Shown here: positions 23,400 through 36,578 of the stretch, one piece after another
Numbering within the stretch: the stretch's first letter is position 1
How the letters are laid out: each line of letters begins with the position of its first letter
NCBI GenBank assembly: GCA_040143965.1
Contig: JASJQH010000032.1
Coordinates: 1 to 43,381 of the forward strand
Reading direction: 5' to 3'
DNA length: 43,381 bases
Origin: Basidiobolus ranarum
Taxonomy: Eukaryota
Made by a program: the position numbers and the translations under genes
The notes under the pieces: model-generated
Told to the model about the DNA's origin: nothing
The model's database searches: none
Seen by the model: only the letters and a program-made list of their open reading frames with translations

Positions 23400-24712
23400 T
23401 TAATGCGTGATATGGCTATTTGTAAGGGCGGTCAGACGGAGAAATTCTTCGTATACAACCCATGTAATAGCAGAGCCGAGAGGTTTTCGCATTAAACGAA
23501 CAAGCAAACCTTTGAAGAGGCCAGAAAATCTCTCTTCCTGTAAAGATAATTCAAGTAGAATAAGAGTTAATGGGGTTTGAGTGTTATAAAGAGAGCAAAT
23601 AAAGGAGCCATTACTCGAAGTATTTTAATGGATGCTTGGAAAGAGTTACTATACTCTGAGGGCTGAAGTTGCATTCGAGTTTTCAGCACATCGAATGGGT
23701 GGGTTATAGCGGTAGCAGTAACTCCCGCGAGAATACCAGCCACACCATTGATCAACTGAATGGGGATTTCAGTGCGGTTTTTAGAGTTTAATGCTAGAAA
23801 ACAGAGCCATTTAAAAAGATTACTATCGTAGATTATATCAAAGAGGTATACCAATCAAGGAACTCTTGAACTGTTCATATGACGCGACGTAGATTCCGGC
23901 AAGAGGAGCATCTCTCATAGCAGTAGCCCCATAACCAGCAAAGAATCCTAAATCACAAGCAATCTGAGATTTCGTGAAAAACATGGATTTTCCGATTAAA
24001 CCACGAAAATACCTCTAAAACCGTGAGTCTTGTTGGTGGAAACGATTGCTTCACGGATGCTTTTGTATTGATAAATATCGCTCTGAACGAGGTTTCGGGT
24101 AAATCGTTAATAAATAAACACTGATTCGGTTCAATGGAAAAATACATGCATACCTCATATCTAACTTTGATTAAAGTGATGGGCATGGCTATGAATCCAG
24201 TGAGGGCTCTGGCAGAAGCCCCTGATAATAAATTAACAGTACTTTTTAAAGAGCCCTCCGAATTTCCCGTTAATTTTGGTAGTGCTTTGTTATAAAACTC
24301 GCGCCAATGGCTTAACATCATAAAATAAAGACCGTTCCCGGGCACATTTCTACTTGTTCAAAATCAGTAAAGAAAGTGTGGTGTATATTCTGAAAAAAAC
24401 TATTTGCCTGAAAATGGTAGGAACCGTTCCTCTCCAGAGACCAGTCGGTCCGTCCTTTAATATAATTTGCTTGACTGTACCGAATAGTGAACTAATGTGT
24501 TGTTACATAGGTAAGGCTAAGATTTAAAAGAATTACTACGAATGAGAGTATGTTTGTGCTTACCTGCTATGCACGGTACCAGAGGTTCGCGATATTTTCT
24601 GCTGTTGCTGCATTCTAGTTTTGAGTAGGTCTAATGGTTGGAGTAGAACGCACGAGAAAAGACCGGAGGTAGCCCCAGCGGCGAGGTGCACAGTTGAAGA
24701 GGGTTTAGACAT
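23400..24712 (-). CDS. HEM25: Mitochondrial carrier, glycine/IPP transporter Hem25/SLC25A38 type
   Basis: Three carrier signatures: [25 protein letters not shown] and [13 protein letters not shown]. Also [36 protein letters not shown] and [14 protein letters not shown]. Multi-exon, with one GC-AG intron. Confidence 0.88.
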
Positions 24713-25413
24713 GAATGTATACTGACCAATGTGTCTTCGTTAAACAAGTCAGTGATAGTGTATCGAATGATAATGGTTAAGAATTTCTCTGGTTTTGAGA
24801 AATAACAGCAATAGAGGTGAAGAAGTCAAGGTTACAATGATAGCCTGAAGAATAGCACACAGCGGATATCAAAATTTTAGGGTTTACTTATTCGACTGTG
24901 CCATACTCTACAAATGCTCACTGTGGATAGATATTTCACAAATTAGGTGCTCCAGAGTTTATGAGTACATTTTAATTGTAAAGTTGATATTAATTTCCAT
25001 TCTAATAATTGATTGACTTAGAGGTTACCCGATTAGTAGTGAGTTTGACCCGAAACTTCCGACCCGGTAAGAATATGTAAGGTTAGCAGAAGGTGACACC
25101 AAGACCTTTGAAGATCGCAGTCTGATCTTCGTTGAATGGGGTTTAAAAATATGCTGGAGTGCGAATTGTGGGGCTCTGCTTATTTCAATTGAGTCTTGAT
25201 TAAATCCTCGTTAATTTATTTGCTATCTGATCAGTGTTAACTAAAAATCTACACACCAATAGCAACCTCAATGATTGGTTCACTGATCAATTGTTTGTTT
25301 ACCTCGGTTTGGTAAATCATAGCCTCAGAGCATGATAGCAAGGAATTATCATCAACCAACCTGCTACTAAAGTCTTCACCTTGATAATCACTTGTTGTAT
25401 ATATCTATGGGAT

Positions 25414-27593
25414 ATGAATAAATCCGCTTCGAATACCTTTACAAAGACGGAGGTACATATATGCATTGATTTTCCTTGCTGATCACTCTGTGCGTTAATT
25501 CATTTCAATAATAAACTTTCCTTTTGTAGGTCATCTCCCAGAGTGATGAAGAGACTGGAACCACAACGAACACTACTAGCACTAGTCTGTTAAACAGTAC
25601 TCCCTTGAGAAGAAGTGCCAGAAATGCCGCTCGAGACGAACAAAACACCACTGTGAATATTGCTGTAACTCCAAAAACTCGAGGCCGTGCTACCCAGAAT
25701 CCAGTACGATCCTCAAGAGCCTCAGCAAAAACCCCTACTACAAGTATTGAAGCCTCTACTGAGGAAACTGCATCCAAGGAAGAAATCGAAGAGCCAATTG
25801 TTCAAAAGGCTAAAGGAGGGAGACCGAAAAAAGTTGTAATTAAAGCCGAAACAGTTTCCGATGAACAGGACGTTGAAGCAACTGACAATATCAGCCAAAC
25901 TGTTCCAAGCATTGCCCCGCCCGAAACGCCCTCTAGAAGAGGCCGGCCAAGAAAAATCGTATCAGAGATAAAAGATGAGATTGCCTTACCACAAACACCT
26001 AGACCTAGAGGTCGTCCTAGAAAACAATCTACGGATGTTAAGAAGGAACCTCTTCAGGCTGTTAGGAGAACCTCTCGACGACTTAAAATTGAAAATAATA
26101 ACCAGAGTACTGATGTTCCAATTAAGAGTAACAGAAGCTCAACTGTTGGTAAGAAAACTCGAAAGAAGAAGGAAGATAGCTCTAGTGAAGAGTTTGATGC
26201 GAATGCTGAAATCGACACAGAAGAGGTTGCGTTACCCACTCCACCTAATGATGACAGTACGACTGATGATAGTGTTGATGAATTTCAAAATATTTCCACA
26301 CCACGTAGTAAAAAGCCTAAAGGCAGAGCAACGCCCAAGTCCGTTTTGGGTAGAAGAAAACTAAAAACCCTAGCTCCCATAACTCCACTTCGACGCCGAC
26401 AAATTAAAGAATCTAATTCTGACGACCACTTTGAGCAAGCTAGACAAAACCTCCATGTTTCCGCTGTCCCACTCACTCTTCCCTGTCGAGAGGATGAGTT
26501 CTCCGAGATTCTGGCACATGTTGAGAGCTCCCTTGAAGATGATACTGGCAGTTGTATTTATATATCCGGTGTACCCGGTACCGGGAAAACAGCAACCGTG
26601 CATGAAGTAATCCGTAATCTTCAAGGAAAAGCTGAGGAAGGAGATATTGCCGAATTTCAATTCGTTGAGATTAATGGCATGAAATTGACAGAGCCATCAT
26701 ATGCCTATACTTTGCTCTATGAGGCTCTTACAGGTGAGCGAGTTACGGCCAAACATGCCTCCGATCTGTTAGAGAAGATGTTTACTTCATCACCGAATAA
26801 TCGGAAACCTTGTCTCGTTTTGATGGACGAACTGGATCTTTTAGTCACACGTAAACAAACTGTCATGTATAACTTTTTCGAATGGCCAAACCGTCCAAAT
26901 TCTCGATTAATTGTCATTGCAGTTGCTAACACTATGGATCTTCCAGAAAGAATCCTTTCAAATAAGATTTCCAGTCGTCTGGGCTTGACGCGAATCAATT
27001 TCCAGCCTTATTCACACCAGCAATTGTATAGTATTATACAGTCGCGTCTAGTAGGCAACAATGCCTTTGATAGCGATGCCATGGAATTTTGCGCGCGTAA
27101 AGTCAGTGCAGTCTCGGGCGATGCGCGCAGAGCGTTAGATATTTGTAGACGTGCGGTTGAATTAGTTGAAACAGCCCACAAAGGAGACCAAGCCAAGACG
27201 AACGGGCAACCTATAGCCCAAGTCACCATGAGTATGGTTGACAAAGCGATCAAGGAGATGTACGCCTCAAGTAATGTGAAATTCATTCAAAATGCCTCTC
27301 TGCATCAAAAGATGTTCCTAGTTTCCTTAAATTACCAGCTTCGAAAGGGTGGCTTACCTGAGGTGGAGTTCGGGGAAGTGGCCAATTATCATATTCAGAT
27401 ATGTCGATTGAATAATTTGGAACCACCTAATACCTCCGATTTAGCTGCGATATGTGCGAGTCTCGGGGCCGCTCGTTGTCTGCTAGTAGAGGCTGGAAGG
27501 CTAGATCTTCATCAGCGTATTCGCTTGAATGTCGCTGAAGAAGATGTCACCATGGCTTTACGAGCAGATCCTTTTTTCCGCAAAATGGTATAG
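25414..27593 (+). CDS. ORC1: Origin recognition complex subunit 1 (AAA+ and winged helix), ~700 aa, with AT-hooks and no recognisable BAH domain
   Basis: Exon 25414-25452 (MNKSASNTFTKTE) plus exon 25530-27593. Motifs: LHVSAVPLTLPCREDEF, Walker A YISGVPGTGKT, VEINGMKLT, Walker B LMDELD, ANTMDLPER, SSRLG, SGDARRALDICRRA. Confidence 0.92.
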
Positions 27594-27917
27594 CCAAATG
27601 TGGGACTCTGATACTCTCTTACTACTTGTACTTTATTAGCTCTTTCATCAATGTATATGAGTCTTTAATCCTTCCAGGTTATAGCTAGATTGGCATATTA
27701 TTCAATCATCCATGATTACTAGACATAATTTTACCAGACAATCAATTTAATTAAAATAAATCTTGAACAACTATTTTTTTCTTTGATGTTTATATTTATC
27801 TGCTTAAATTCCTTTTTTTTCTTGATTTTTTTTTCTTTTTTGATCGTAGTGTACTATTAGGTATACAAGTGGTCAAAATATCCACGAACAAACTAGCAAC
27901 TGAAAGGTTTACTAAAG

Positions 27918-29028
27918 ATGCCTGCCGAAGTGAAAGTGAAAAAGTCGAGTAAGGCTAACAAAGAGAAGTTAGTCAAGAAGTCTAAGGTGGCAAAAAAAGA
28001 AGAGGCGCTTCCTTTGGATGAGATTTCTGGTTTCAAAATATTACCGGTAGAAATGCCTGCTAGCAGTGTTAGTCCTTCAGTCACGCATTATTTCTACTTT
28101 AAGAAACACAATGTTCGCCAAGACAATCCTTTAACTCCAGAGGATAGAACCCTTTTCTTATTGAATTTACCCACTGACACTACAGAAAGCCACATCAAAC
28201 ATTTGTTTCGTCATATTGGAAAGGTGGAGCGTGTATCGTTTAATATGACTGAACGTCAAATGGAAGAAAAACTTATGGAACTTCAACAAAACGAATCTAC
28301 TGAACCCGTTTCCAAAAAGAAGGGAAAGAAGAATAGCAAGGAAGCACCTTCCAAAGAGGTTGAACCTATCTGTACTTTGTTACCCCTTGGTTCTTTCGCA
28401 CACGTTGTATTCTTGGAAGAGTTGGGTGTTACTAAAGCCATGAATATGTCAAAGAAGAAGCGTGTTTGGGACTTACCTGAGACTCCAAAAGAGAAACTAT
28501 TAGTAGGACTTGAAAGTAATTCCTCTTCAATTTTTCTCACTTGTTATTGTTATATTAACTCTTGATTTAATAGAATACGAATATATGTATCAACGGACCC
28601 GCATGGACCCTGAAGCTCTTCAAGCTCAGATTGATGACTTCATGAAGAAATTCAGCGAAGCTCAACACGAAGCCGCACAAGCTGAGGCAGCTCTGTATAA
28701 TGTTCCTGATGAGGATGGATTCATTACTGTCACCAGAAAGGGACGTAGAAATAACAACACCGATGGAAAGATCTCGGTTACTGCCATCAAGGCTGAAGAG
28801 GCACAAAACCTCAAGCCAAAGAAGAAAGAACTTGTTGATTTCTATCGATTCCAAATGCGTGAAGCTAAGAGAGACAGTAAGATCAATATATATATATACA
28901 TTCATTCATGGATCGGATGATTAACGTTATTTTGAACTTTAGAATTGGTTGAATTACGTAAGAAATTCGAAGACGATAAGAAGAAGATTCAACAACTCAA
29001 AACTGCACGTCGTTTCCTCCCTTATTAG
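27918..29028 (+). CDS. RRP7: Ribosomal RNA-processing protein Rrp7
   Basis: Exons 27918-28515, 28574-28876 and 28943-29028. Motifs: RTLFLLNLP (RRM-like), PDEDGFITVTRKGR, DFYRFQMRE, LRKKFEDDKKKIQQLKTARRFLPY. Confidence 0.93.
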
Positions 29029-29356
29029 AATTTTCATTTCAATGACCTTTAAACTCCTCATGTAGATCTAGTTATTTTATTTTATTTGTTCAGATCATGA
29101 TGAACACTGTCATATCCCTCACCCTGGGGCCATCAAAGCACATCTTATGTATAATAAACTGCTTTGTAGATTAATTGTTATGTGACTGTCACGACGTCAA
29201 TGGAAGCCCTCCAAAAATACATTACTTGTGGGATGTTTTATTTAACGAGAACAATAATGAGAGATACGAAAGGGTTGAATGTAGATGCATTGTTGTATGG
29301 TGAGAAGTATATAGAGGGGTAGCCATTTTAAGCCACTTTCAAATGGAAAACATCGC

Positions 29357-30403
29357 TTAGTAAGCGACTTGCGCTTTCACAGTATAACCAGTGTTGTTGT
29401 ACTTGAGAGAGGTATTGTGAAGTTGACGAACTACTCGGTGTGCTTCGGCCTCATTAGCCATCTTGACAAAGATCATTCCACTTAAGCCATTTCTAGGCAC
29501 ACTATATATAACCTATTAACTTTCATTGAAATGTTATAAGAAAACCAAAAATCCACCTACGGAATGCTTTCAATTGGACGCTCGGTGGAATCAAGGGCGA
29601 TCTTAAATCCACGAAGAAGCTCTTTAACTTCAGGAACTGGGAAGAGCACTGGAAGCCCAGTGAAACAGACTACACGACCAGAGGCAGATCCAATAAAACG
29701 AGATCTATATGGCATTTTATCAGTCTAAAGGATTTCAATACCATTAATATCCGATCTTTCAAGCAATCTGCCACACTATGATTCTACGTACAAACTCCAC
29801 AGCGATAGTTCTGCCATCTAGGATACGTTTCTTGTGAGCCATTGCTATGACTTGGGCATCTGATTCATTCGAAAGTTCAACAAAGCAAGCGCCGTTGAAA
29901 ACACCACTACTGGAACGGTAAAAGATCACTGAAATTTAGGTTCGACTATGAGCTATCACGTATTTCAAAAGATACAGCAGGTTACTTAAAAGTACTTACT
30001 ATCTTTAATGGAATCGACGTCAACGTGTTGAGCACTAGTAATGAAATTCAAAACATCGCCCTTGGTAGTATAAGGTGGAAGATTCTTGATGGTGATGATT
30101 TTAGAAGGTTTTCCACGAACGTTTGCTATTTTCGAAACAAAATGTTTGGTAAGTTTCCTTGATAAAAAAGGAGTGTCATAGAGAGTTAGAAAAAGTCAAC
30201 TCACCTTTTCTAAACTCTTCAGGAGATATCTTGATTTCAAGTTTGTCTTCTGACTTGCTCCAATCTTTTTTGACCTGAGCAGGCTCAAGAGACTCTCCAT
30301 TGAAGAGAGAAGACTGAAATCCTCTGACGAACATAGCTTGAGCACTTGGTCTGACCAAGTTAGCCTTAGTAGATAATCTAGCAAAAGTACGAATAGCTTG
30401 CAT
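29357..30403 (-). CDS. Uncharacterised putative mitochondrial protein with two RRM-like domains (5 exons)
   Basis: Arg/Ser-rich presequence MQAIRTFARLSTKANLVRPSAQAMFVRGFQSS. RRM1: IITIKNLPPYTTKGDV...FNGACFVELSNESDA. RRM2: GRVVCFTGLP...MIFVKMANEAEAHRVVRQLHN...VKAQVAY*. All junctions are GT-AG and in frame. Confidence 0.75.
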
Positions 30404-30980
30404 TATTGGGGAAGGCTGTATTTCTACTTAGAATAAAAACGTCTAAAAGGTGGTAAAGCTCTAAGGTGCACAACCTCGAGGAATAGATGTTTACTTTCAT
30501 CTAGTCGTCTATTGAAAAAGATCAATTTTTTACTGGATCATTTGCTTCTCAAAAAACTTCTAAATTAGTGTTCCCCACTCTGACTGGCATTGTAATAGTT
30601 TCGAAAGATTAATTGATTGGCTATGCTGTTGCCCCTTCAAAATTAGGGTAATTTTTATTCAGAAATTACTTAGAATATTTTCATTTCTAATCTCTTTTTG
30701 TATTTATTTCGAGAAGTAGCTTATTGGTTAGAGTAATGAAGTGGAGTAACTAGAGCAAAGTTAAACGAGATTTCAGAGTTGGTAGGATTATAATGTATTG
30801 ATATCTGATGCCACAGAATAAACTATCCTGAGATTAGCGAAAATAAACTGGCGCATATATTAGTTTCTAATGGGTTAATAAGAATAGATAAATCAGTAAA
30901 AGTGGAAGTATATAAGCTGCAAGTTAAGAACACAGTGTTCAGAAGCTTCTCATCCAATAATTTCTATAGTCCGTTAACAA

Positions 30981-32671
30981 ATGACCATAGGTGAAGAAAT
31001 AGTAGTCGCTGCCCCTGGAAAGGTTATCTTGTTTGGTGAGCATGCAGTAGTGTATGGTAAAACCGCTGTTGCAGCCAGCGTGGGCCTCAGATGTTATCTG
31101 GTTGGAAAAAAAACATCAGATGACACAATTACATTATGTCTTCCAGACCTAAATGTCAATTATGAATGGAAGATACATGATATTCCCACAGAAGCTTTCG
31201 GTATGAAAAATATGTGATTTGATTCAGATATTCATCCTTTGTATTAATCTTTCTTCGTTAGAATTGGTGAAAAAGCAGGCAAGCATAGATGAAGTACTTG
31301 TTGTTTTGGAACCTTTAGCTACTGAATACACTAGTTCCCAAAAGACAGCTATATTATCATTCTTTTATTTATATGTTAGTTTGGTGGATAAAACCGCGAG
31401 GTATGTATCATTCTTTCCTCGTTCATTCTTTACATTCTATTGACAGATATTTCAGCCCTTACGGTTTAGCTTTATGTGTAAGATCAACTCTTCCAGTTGG
31501 TGCAGGACTTGGCTCTTCTGCCTCATATAGTGTCTGTATTGCTACCTGTTTGCTTCAATTCAATGGTCATATTTCGACTTTGGGTGGAAATCCTAAACTA
31601 GACACTAAAACCGCTGAAACCATCAACAAATGGGCTTTCCAGGCTGAGAAAGTTATTCATGGGAACCCTTCTGGAATCGACAATACAGTGAGCACCTTTG
31701 GTAAGTGAAGTAATACTTTTTATTAATGAGAACTGTAACTCATGTAATGTTTGTCAGGTGGAGCTCAGATGTACACTAAAGGAGATATAGAAACATTACA
31801 CAAGTTAGTAGTATTTATTCATCTAAGCAGTTCAGCTTCCTAACCTTTAGAAATGCGGAAAATAGATTCAAGTCTCTCAAGTTCCTTTTAACAAACACAA
31901 AAGTTCCACGTGATACCCGAACTCTCGTCGCTAACGTCCGTAGTATGCGGGATCAGGTATTAAATATTTAAGAGTATCGTTAAGTAATATCCATGGCACT
32001 CACATAGTATCTATTTAGTACCCTCTGGTTGTGGACCACTTAATGGAAGCTATTCACGGAATTAGTAAAAGTTGTCAAGTAGTCTTTGATAGCTCGGGTA
32101 TGCTACACTCTTTTTATGACAATTAACCATGCTCTACATCTAACGCTATATTTCCCTAGCTTCTAACGAAGAGATTATGCGGTCAATTGAGGTATAATAC
32201 GATTCAATTAGCTAAAGTGTAGCCATCGTACTAACATAGTCTTGACATTAGGAACTAATCGACTTGAATCATCAATTAATTGCCGCTACTGGTGTTAGTC
32301 ATCCGTCACTGGAGCGCATCAGAGAAATTACAGGTGCTAAAGGGCTACATTCCAAATTAACTGGAGCTGGTGGTGGGGGATGTGCACTAACCCTTCTTCG
32401 TGATGGTACTGTGAATGGTGCTGCTATTTACATCAGAATATTGGTACTAATTATTTCTATAGATACACCTAAATACGTGCTCGAGGCTGTGGAAAAAGAG
32501 CTGGTCGATGCTGGCTTTGAATGCTATGAAACATCGATTGGAGTAGAGGGAGTAAAGGCCATGCCTTTGCATAGACCTGAAGAGTCGCTTCAACATGACT
32601 TAATTAATTATTTCATGGATATTCCCAAAGAACGTTTAGATCAATTACTTACTATTCCATACAAATTATAA
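30981..32671 (+). CDS. ERG12: Mevalonate kinase (GHMP kinase), about 9 exons
   Basis: [79 protein letters not shown] lies at 30909-30916. Confidence 0.95.
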
Positions 32672-32822
32672 GTCTCATTAAATAATACTTAGTAATAATA
32701 AATCAATGATATTTAAAGGTTAAGGTTATGACTGCGACAATGATTAACCAACACAATAATGTAACTTTTCTGAATCAATTTATTAAGCAGTTATTAGACA
32801 AACTCGGGTTACGAATATAAAT

Positions 32823-33320
32823 TTATAATTGGCCAGAAGCATCGACGGTGATTTTCTTGGAAGTTTTACCAGTTGAGGATCCGAATTTCTCGACTTGTCT
32901 GATGATATCTAAGCCTTCAACAACGGAACCAAAGACAACATGCTTTCCGTCTAACCAACCGGTTTTCTCAGTGCAAATGAAGAATTGAGATCCATTGGTA
33001 TTGGGACCAGCGTTAGCCATAGATAAAATGCCTGGACCAGTGTGCTTCAAAGTGAAGTTTTCGTCAGCGAACTTCTCTCCGTAAATAGATTTACCGCCAG
33101 TTCCGTTGTGACGAGTGAAATCTCCACCTTGGCACATGAATTCTGGAATAACTCTGTGGAAAATACTACCAGCATAGCCATATCCATTTTCACCAGTGCA
33201 TAGAGCACGGAAATTCTCTGCTGTCTTTGGGACAACATCAGCACGAAGCTCCATAACAACTCTACCAAGAGGTTGGCTGTCAGCAGAAAGGTCGAAGTAT
33301 ACACGAGGATTAGAGGCCAT
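32823..33320 (-). CDS. CPR1: Cyclophilin A-type peptidyl-prolyl isomerase, 165 aa, intronless
   Basis: [10 protein letters not shown]...[15 protein letters not shown]...[16 protein letters not shown]...[16 protein letters not shown]...[17 protein letters not shown] lies at 33367-33361, ~40 nt upstream. Confidence 0.96.
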   Translation of the reverse strand: MASNPRVYFDLSADSQPLGRVVMELRADVVPKTAENFRALCTGENGYGYAGSIFHRVIPEFMCQGGDFTRHNGTGGKSIYGEKFADENFTLKHTGPGILSMANAGPNTNGSQFFICTEKTGWLDGKHVVFGSVVEGLDIIRQVEKFGSSTGKTSKKITVDASGQL

Positions 33321-35156
33321 GGTAGGAGTAGTATAATAATACAAGCCTCAATTTCTACCCTTATATACTAGAATGAAAAATGTCTTGATGACGCGTATCA
33401 CACCGAGTGACGTACGTAGAGAGTCTAAAATCCAGTGTCCATATAGATATTATCCAAGGTTCAAATAGCACCATTGACGGTCTTCGAAACTGGGAGAAGC
33501 CATCAGTCACTGAAGCTACTGGCAGTGAATTGGCCGTAATCTCCAATCTAGCATACACTCTCTTGGCATTATTGGTTGGGGGAAACCATGGTATTCGTGA
33601 ACGGGGTTGTTTACGCTGACCCTAACCCTAAGCGTATGAATCACCATCAAGTACTACGTAATTATACGCTTATCACCTAAATGGGTACATCACGTTAATG
33701 GTGTTACACGTTTCAAATTCATTGGCTTACAATATCCTATAAACTAATAGTATTGTATATAGTATAAATACAAATTCAATGGTCACAGAATGAATGCCAT
33801 TATGACGTTACAGGAATGTTTTAACAACAAATGGACGTTCTATGGGACCCTGATGCATCCGTCAAATATCGCTACCTGGACACGCCATTCCTAGCACTGT
33901 TTTAATGCAGGATCATTTAACGTTATCCAATCTCTTCCCCCATCAGAGTCGATCTTATCATAGGGTTGCACCATGCGGTCAAGCAATCTCACACTCCAAA
34001 TCTAGTAGTCCGGGCACAAGTGGCCCAAGTGGCAAGTCAGATTGACATATGTGTACTTCGATGAGTACCACGTTATGTAGGTAGTTTAGTTTCACCGCCC
34101 AAGGATATCTGTAAAGAGGGTTGAGAAGTTCGTCGCGAAGCACAGCTCAAGTAAACCACGTTTTCTAGCTGGGGAGTTGCGAATAGCCTTGCACAATGTT
34201 CTTACGTATATATCTGATTTGCTGCGACAAGTAGCTGTTGATTGGGCTGGAAGCTTACTGATAAGCTTTAATTCCTATTTGCGACTGGAGATCCATATTT
34301 AGGTGTGGGTCTACATGATGGCCAATCACTTCAACTGTGGTGCAACTCAAATAAGAGGAGCTCCTATTCAAAGCTACATTGATAGACCCAAAATTGACAT
34401 TTGTAAGGTTTACTTGTATCGCACTGTTGCGTACTCGCACAAGTGGTTGCTGAATTGGTACATCGAGCGATACCAGGTATTGAGTTTATGTAATCTTTGA
34501 AGTAATCCATCAAGTGATCAATGTTCACGAACCACCTATGTGTGTCGTACCTTTGCAGCCCCGGATCCGATCAGACTGTGGCGCCCAAGATGCGAGTTGA
34601 TCAGATCTTGCATGAGTTCCAGCAATAGCACCAATAATTGACCTGCAGTATAGCTTCTTTCTAACTCCTCACTTCGACGAAGTCAAAGGACTTCTTGTCC
34701 AGCAGAGGGTCGGTGTAGCGCAGGTGACACTAGAAGGGTCCATCAACGTTACTCAACTGAAATAGTCTGCATCGAAACTTCTTATCGACAGAAGTATGAT
34801 CTCTATCAGGATATCTGGATCCGTCGGTGTGGTACTTTAATAGTAATCGCCGATATAATAATAAATCAATATAATGCGATATCCCATATTGGTTATGATC
34901 AAGACTTGTTCTGCCAGAATATCTCTAAGCTCTAGCATGGTGATTCGCTCTCTTGATTGACTATTTATTCCTATTTCGCTATTCTATGCTTCTTTGGGGA
35001 ACCACTTCGATAGAGCTACCAATCCCCGAGAGTTTCTCAGCTGACCAATTAACTTCCTATATCAGTCGCCATAAATCCTATAAATACAGATTGCCAGTGT
35101 GATCATCAGAATATCTGAGCTTTATTCAGTTACGTGCGAACTATATCCTCAGCATC

Positions 35157-36178
35157 ATGCCCGCTCCAATTGATTACTCCACTCAGGCCTCCCAGTCTAT
35201 CTACAAGGTTCACAAAATCGACCAAGCGGATTCCAAGATATCTGCCTTCGAGTAAGTTAAAGCAATAAAGAAAATCTCCAAGAGCCATGTTCTAACAAAT
35301 ACTTCAGTTTTGACTTTCAGTTTCCTAATGCCTGTGAAGCTCCTGTATCTGTCGAAGAGGATTTTCTCCAATCTCGGGATCTTGAAGGATCATTCTGCAG
35401 AGATTTCTCATGCTGTGGGTTGGTACTTGAAGATCTTCATGACCTTCTTCAACACTTCGAAGAATGCCATGTTCGATTTGAAAATGATGATCTTACTCAA
35501 AACCTTTGCTATGATGAGAATTGGTCTGGTTCCAGTGATTCTGGTGTCACAACTCCATCATCCCCTGAAGTAGATTACAACTCTGCTACTAGTCTTCAAC
35601 AGGATATCATTTCATTGTCAGATATCTATGCCGAGGAATTGGCATACCAAAACAATCCTTTCACTTCTGCATTTGATGATTCAATCTTGAGGGAATGCCC
35701 ATCTTCCAAAAAGCGCCTCGCTTCAGAGCCTTTATCTGCACCTGCTAAGAGAATCGTTCCATTTAACTTTGATCTCACCGAGACACTTGGTCATACTTAC
35801 TCCGAGGAGGAATTATTCACCGGGATCCCCTCCGTTTACTCTCCCGACTTTGTCACTGGTGTGGATGATATCCTACAAGCTAGCACTGGTATTCTTCAAC
35901 TTGAGCAACCAGCCTCTGATAAAGCTCCTGTTGAGAAGCCTTACAAGTGCCCAGTTCCAGGATGTGAGAAATCATACAAGAACGCCAATGGATTGAAGTA
36001 CCACAAACTTCACGGACATTGCTCCAATGCTGATGGCACCAAGCCTACCATCAAGCCATACAAGTGTTCATACCCCGATTGTGGCAAGAGCTACAAAAAC
36101 TTGAATGGTCTCAAGTATCACATCGAGCATACTCATGTTCTTACTTTGGCTCAGACTGCTACCTCAGTAGCTATTTAG
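35157..36178 (+). CDS. SFP1: Sfp1/JAZF1-like C2H2 zinc-finger transcription factor, ~321 aa
   Basis: Exons 35157-35251 and 35308-36178. N-terminal FCRDFSCCGLVLEDLHDLLQHFEECHV motif, plus KPYKCPVPGCEKSYKNANGLKYHKLHGH and KPYKCSYPDCGKSYKNLNGLKYHIEH. TATAAATA lies at 35079-35086. Confidence 0.85.
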
Positions 36179-36578
36179 AAATAGGTATTTCTGACCGATT
36201 TGCCATTACGGTTGAACCGTAGACAGAGATACTGGTATATAGAGCCCCTGTGTATTATCTTCCGCTTGACCCACCACCAAATCATTCCATATATATATTT
36301 CCTTGTGAGGACTTATATTCTTCACTAGTAATTTATTAGTGCCACCAGTCTTGTTTACCTTTAATTAATAACCAGACTTATGTATATATATACTGTGATC
36401 ACTTTTCATTAAAAACCATTACACTAGAACCATAATAGTTGACTCATTTGGTTGATTTCTAATCAAGTCTATTAATAGTATATCGATCATTTGATTTTTG
36501 GGGGAAAGAGCAGAATGTGATATAAAGGGTAATAAAGGGAAAAGGTTATAGGTAATAATAACATAGAGAAGCTATAGG

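Noticed and set aside
33480-33575. Minus-strand peptide AKRVYARLEITANSLPVASV resembling the cyclophilin N-terminus, or a possible mitochondrial-leader exon
   Set aside because: The similarity is very weak at protein and DNA level, and a TATA box lies between it and the cyclophilin ATG.
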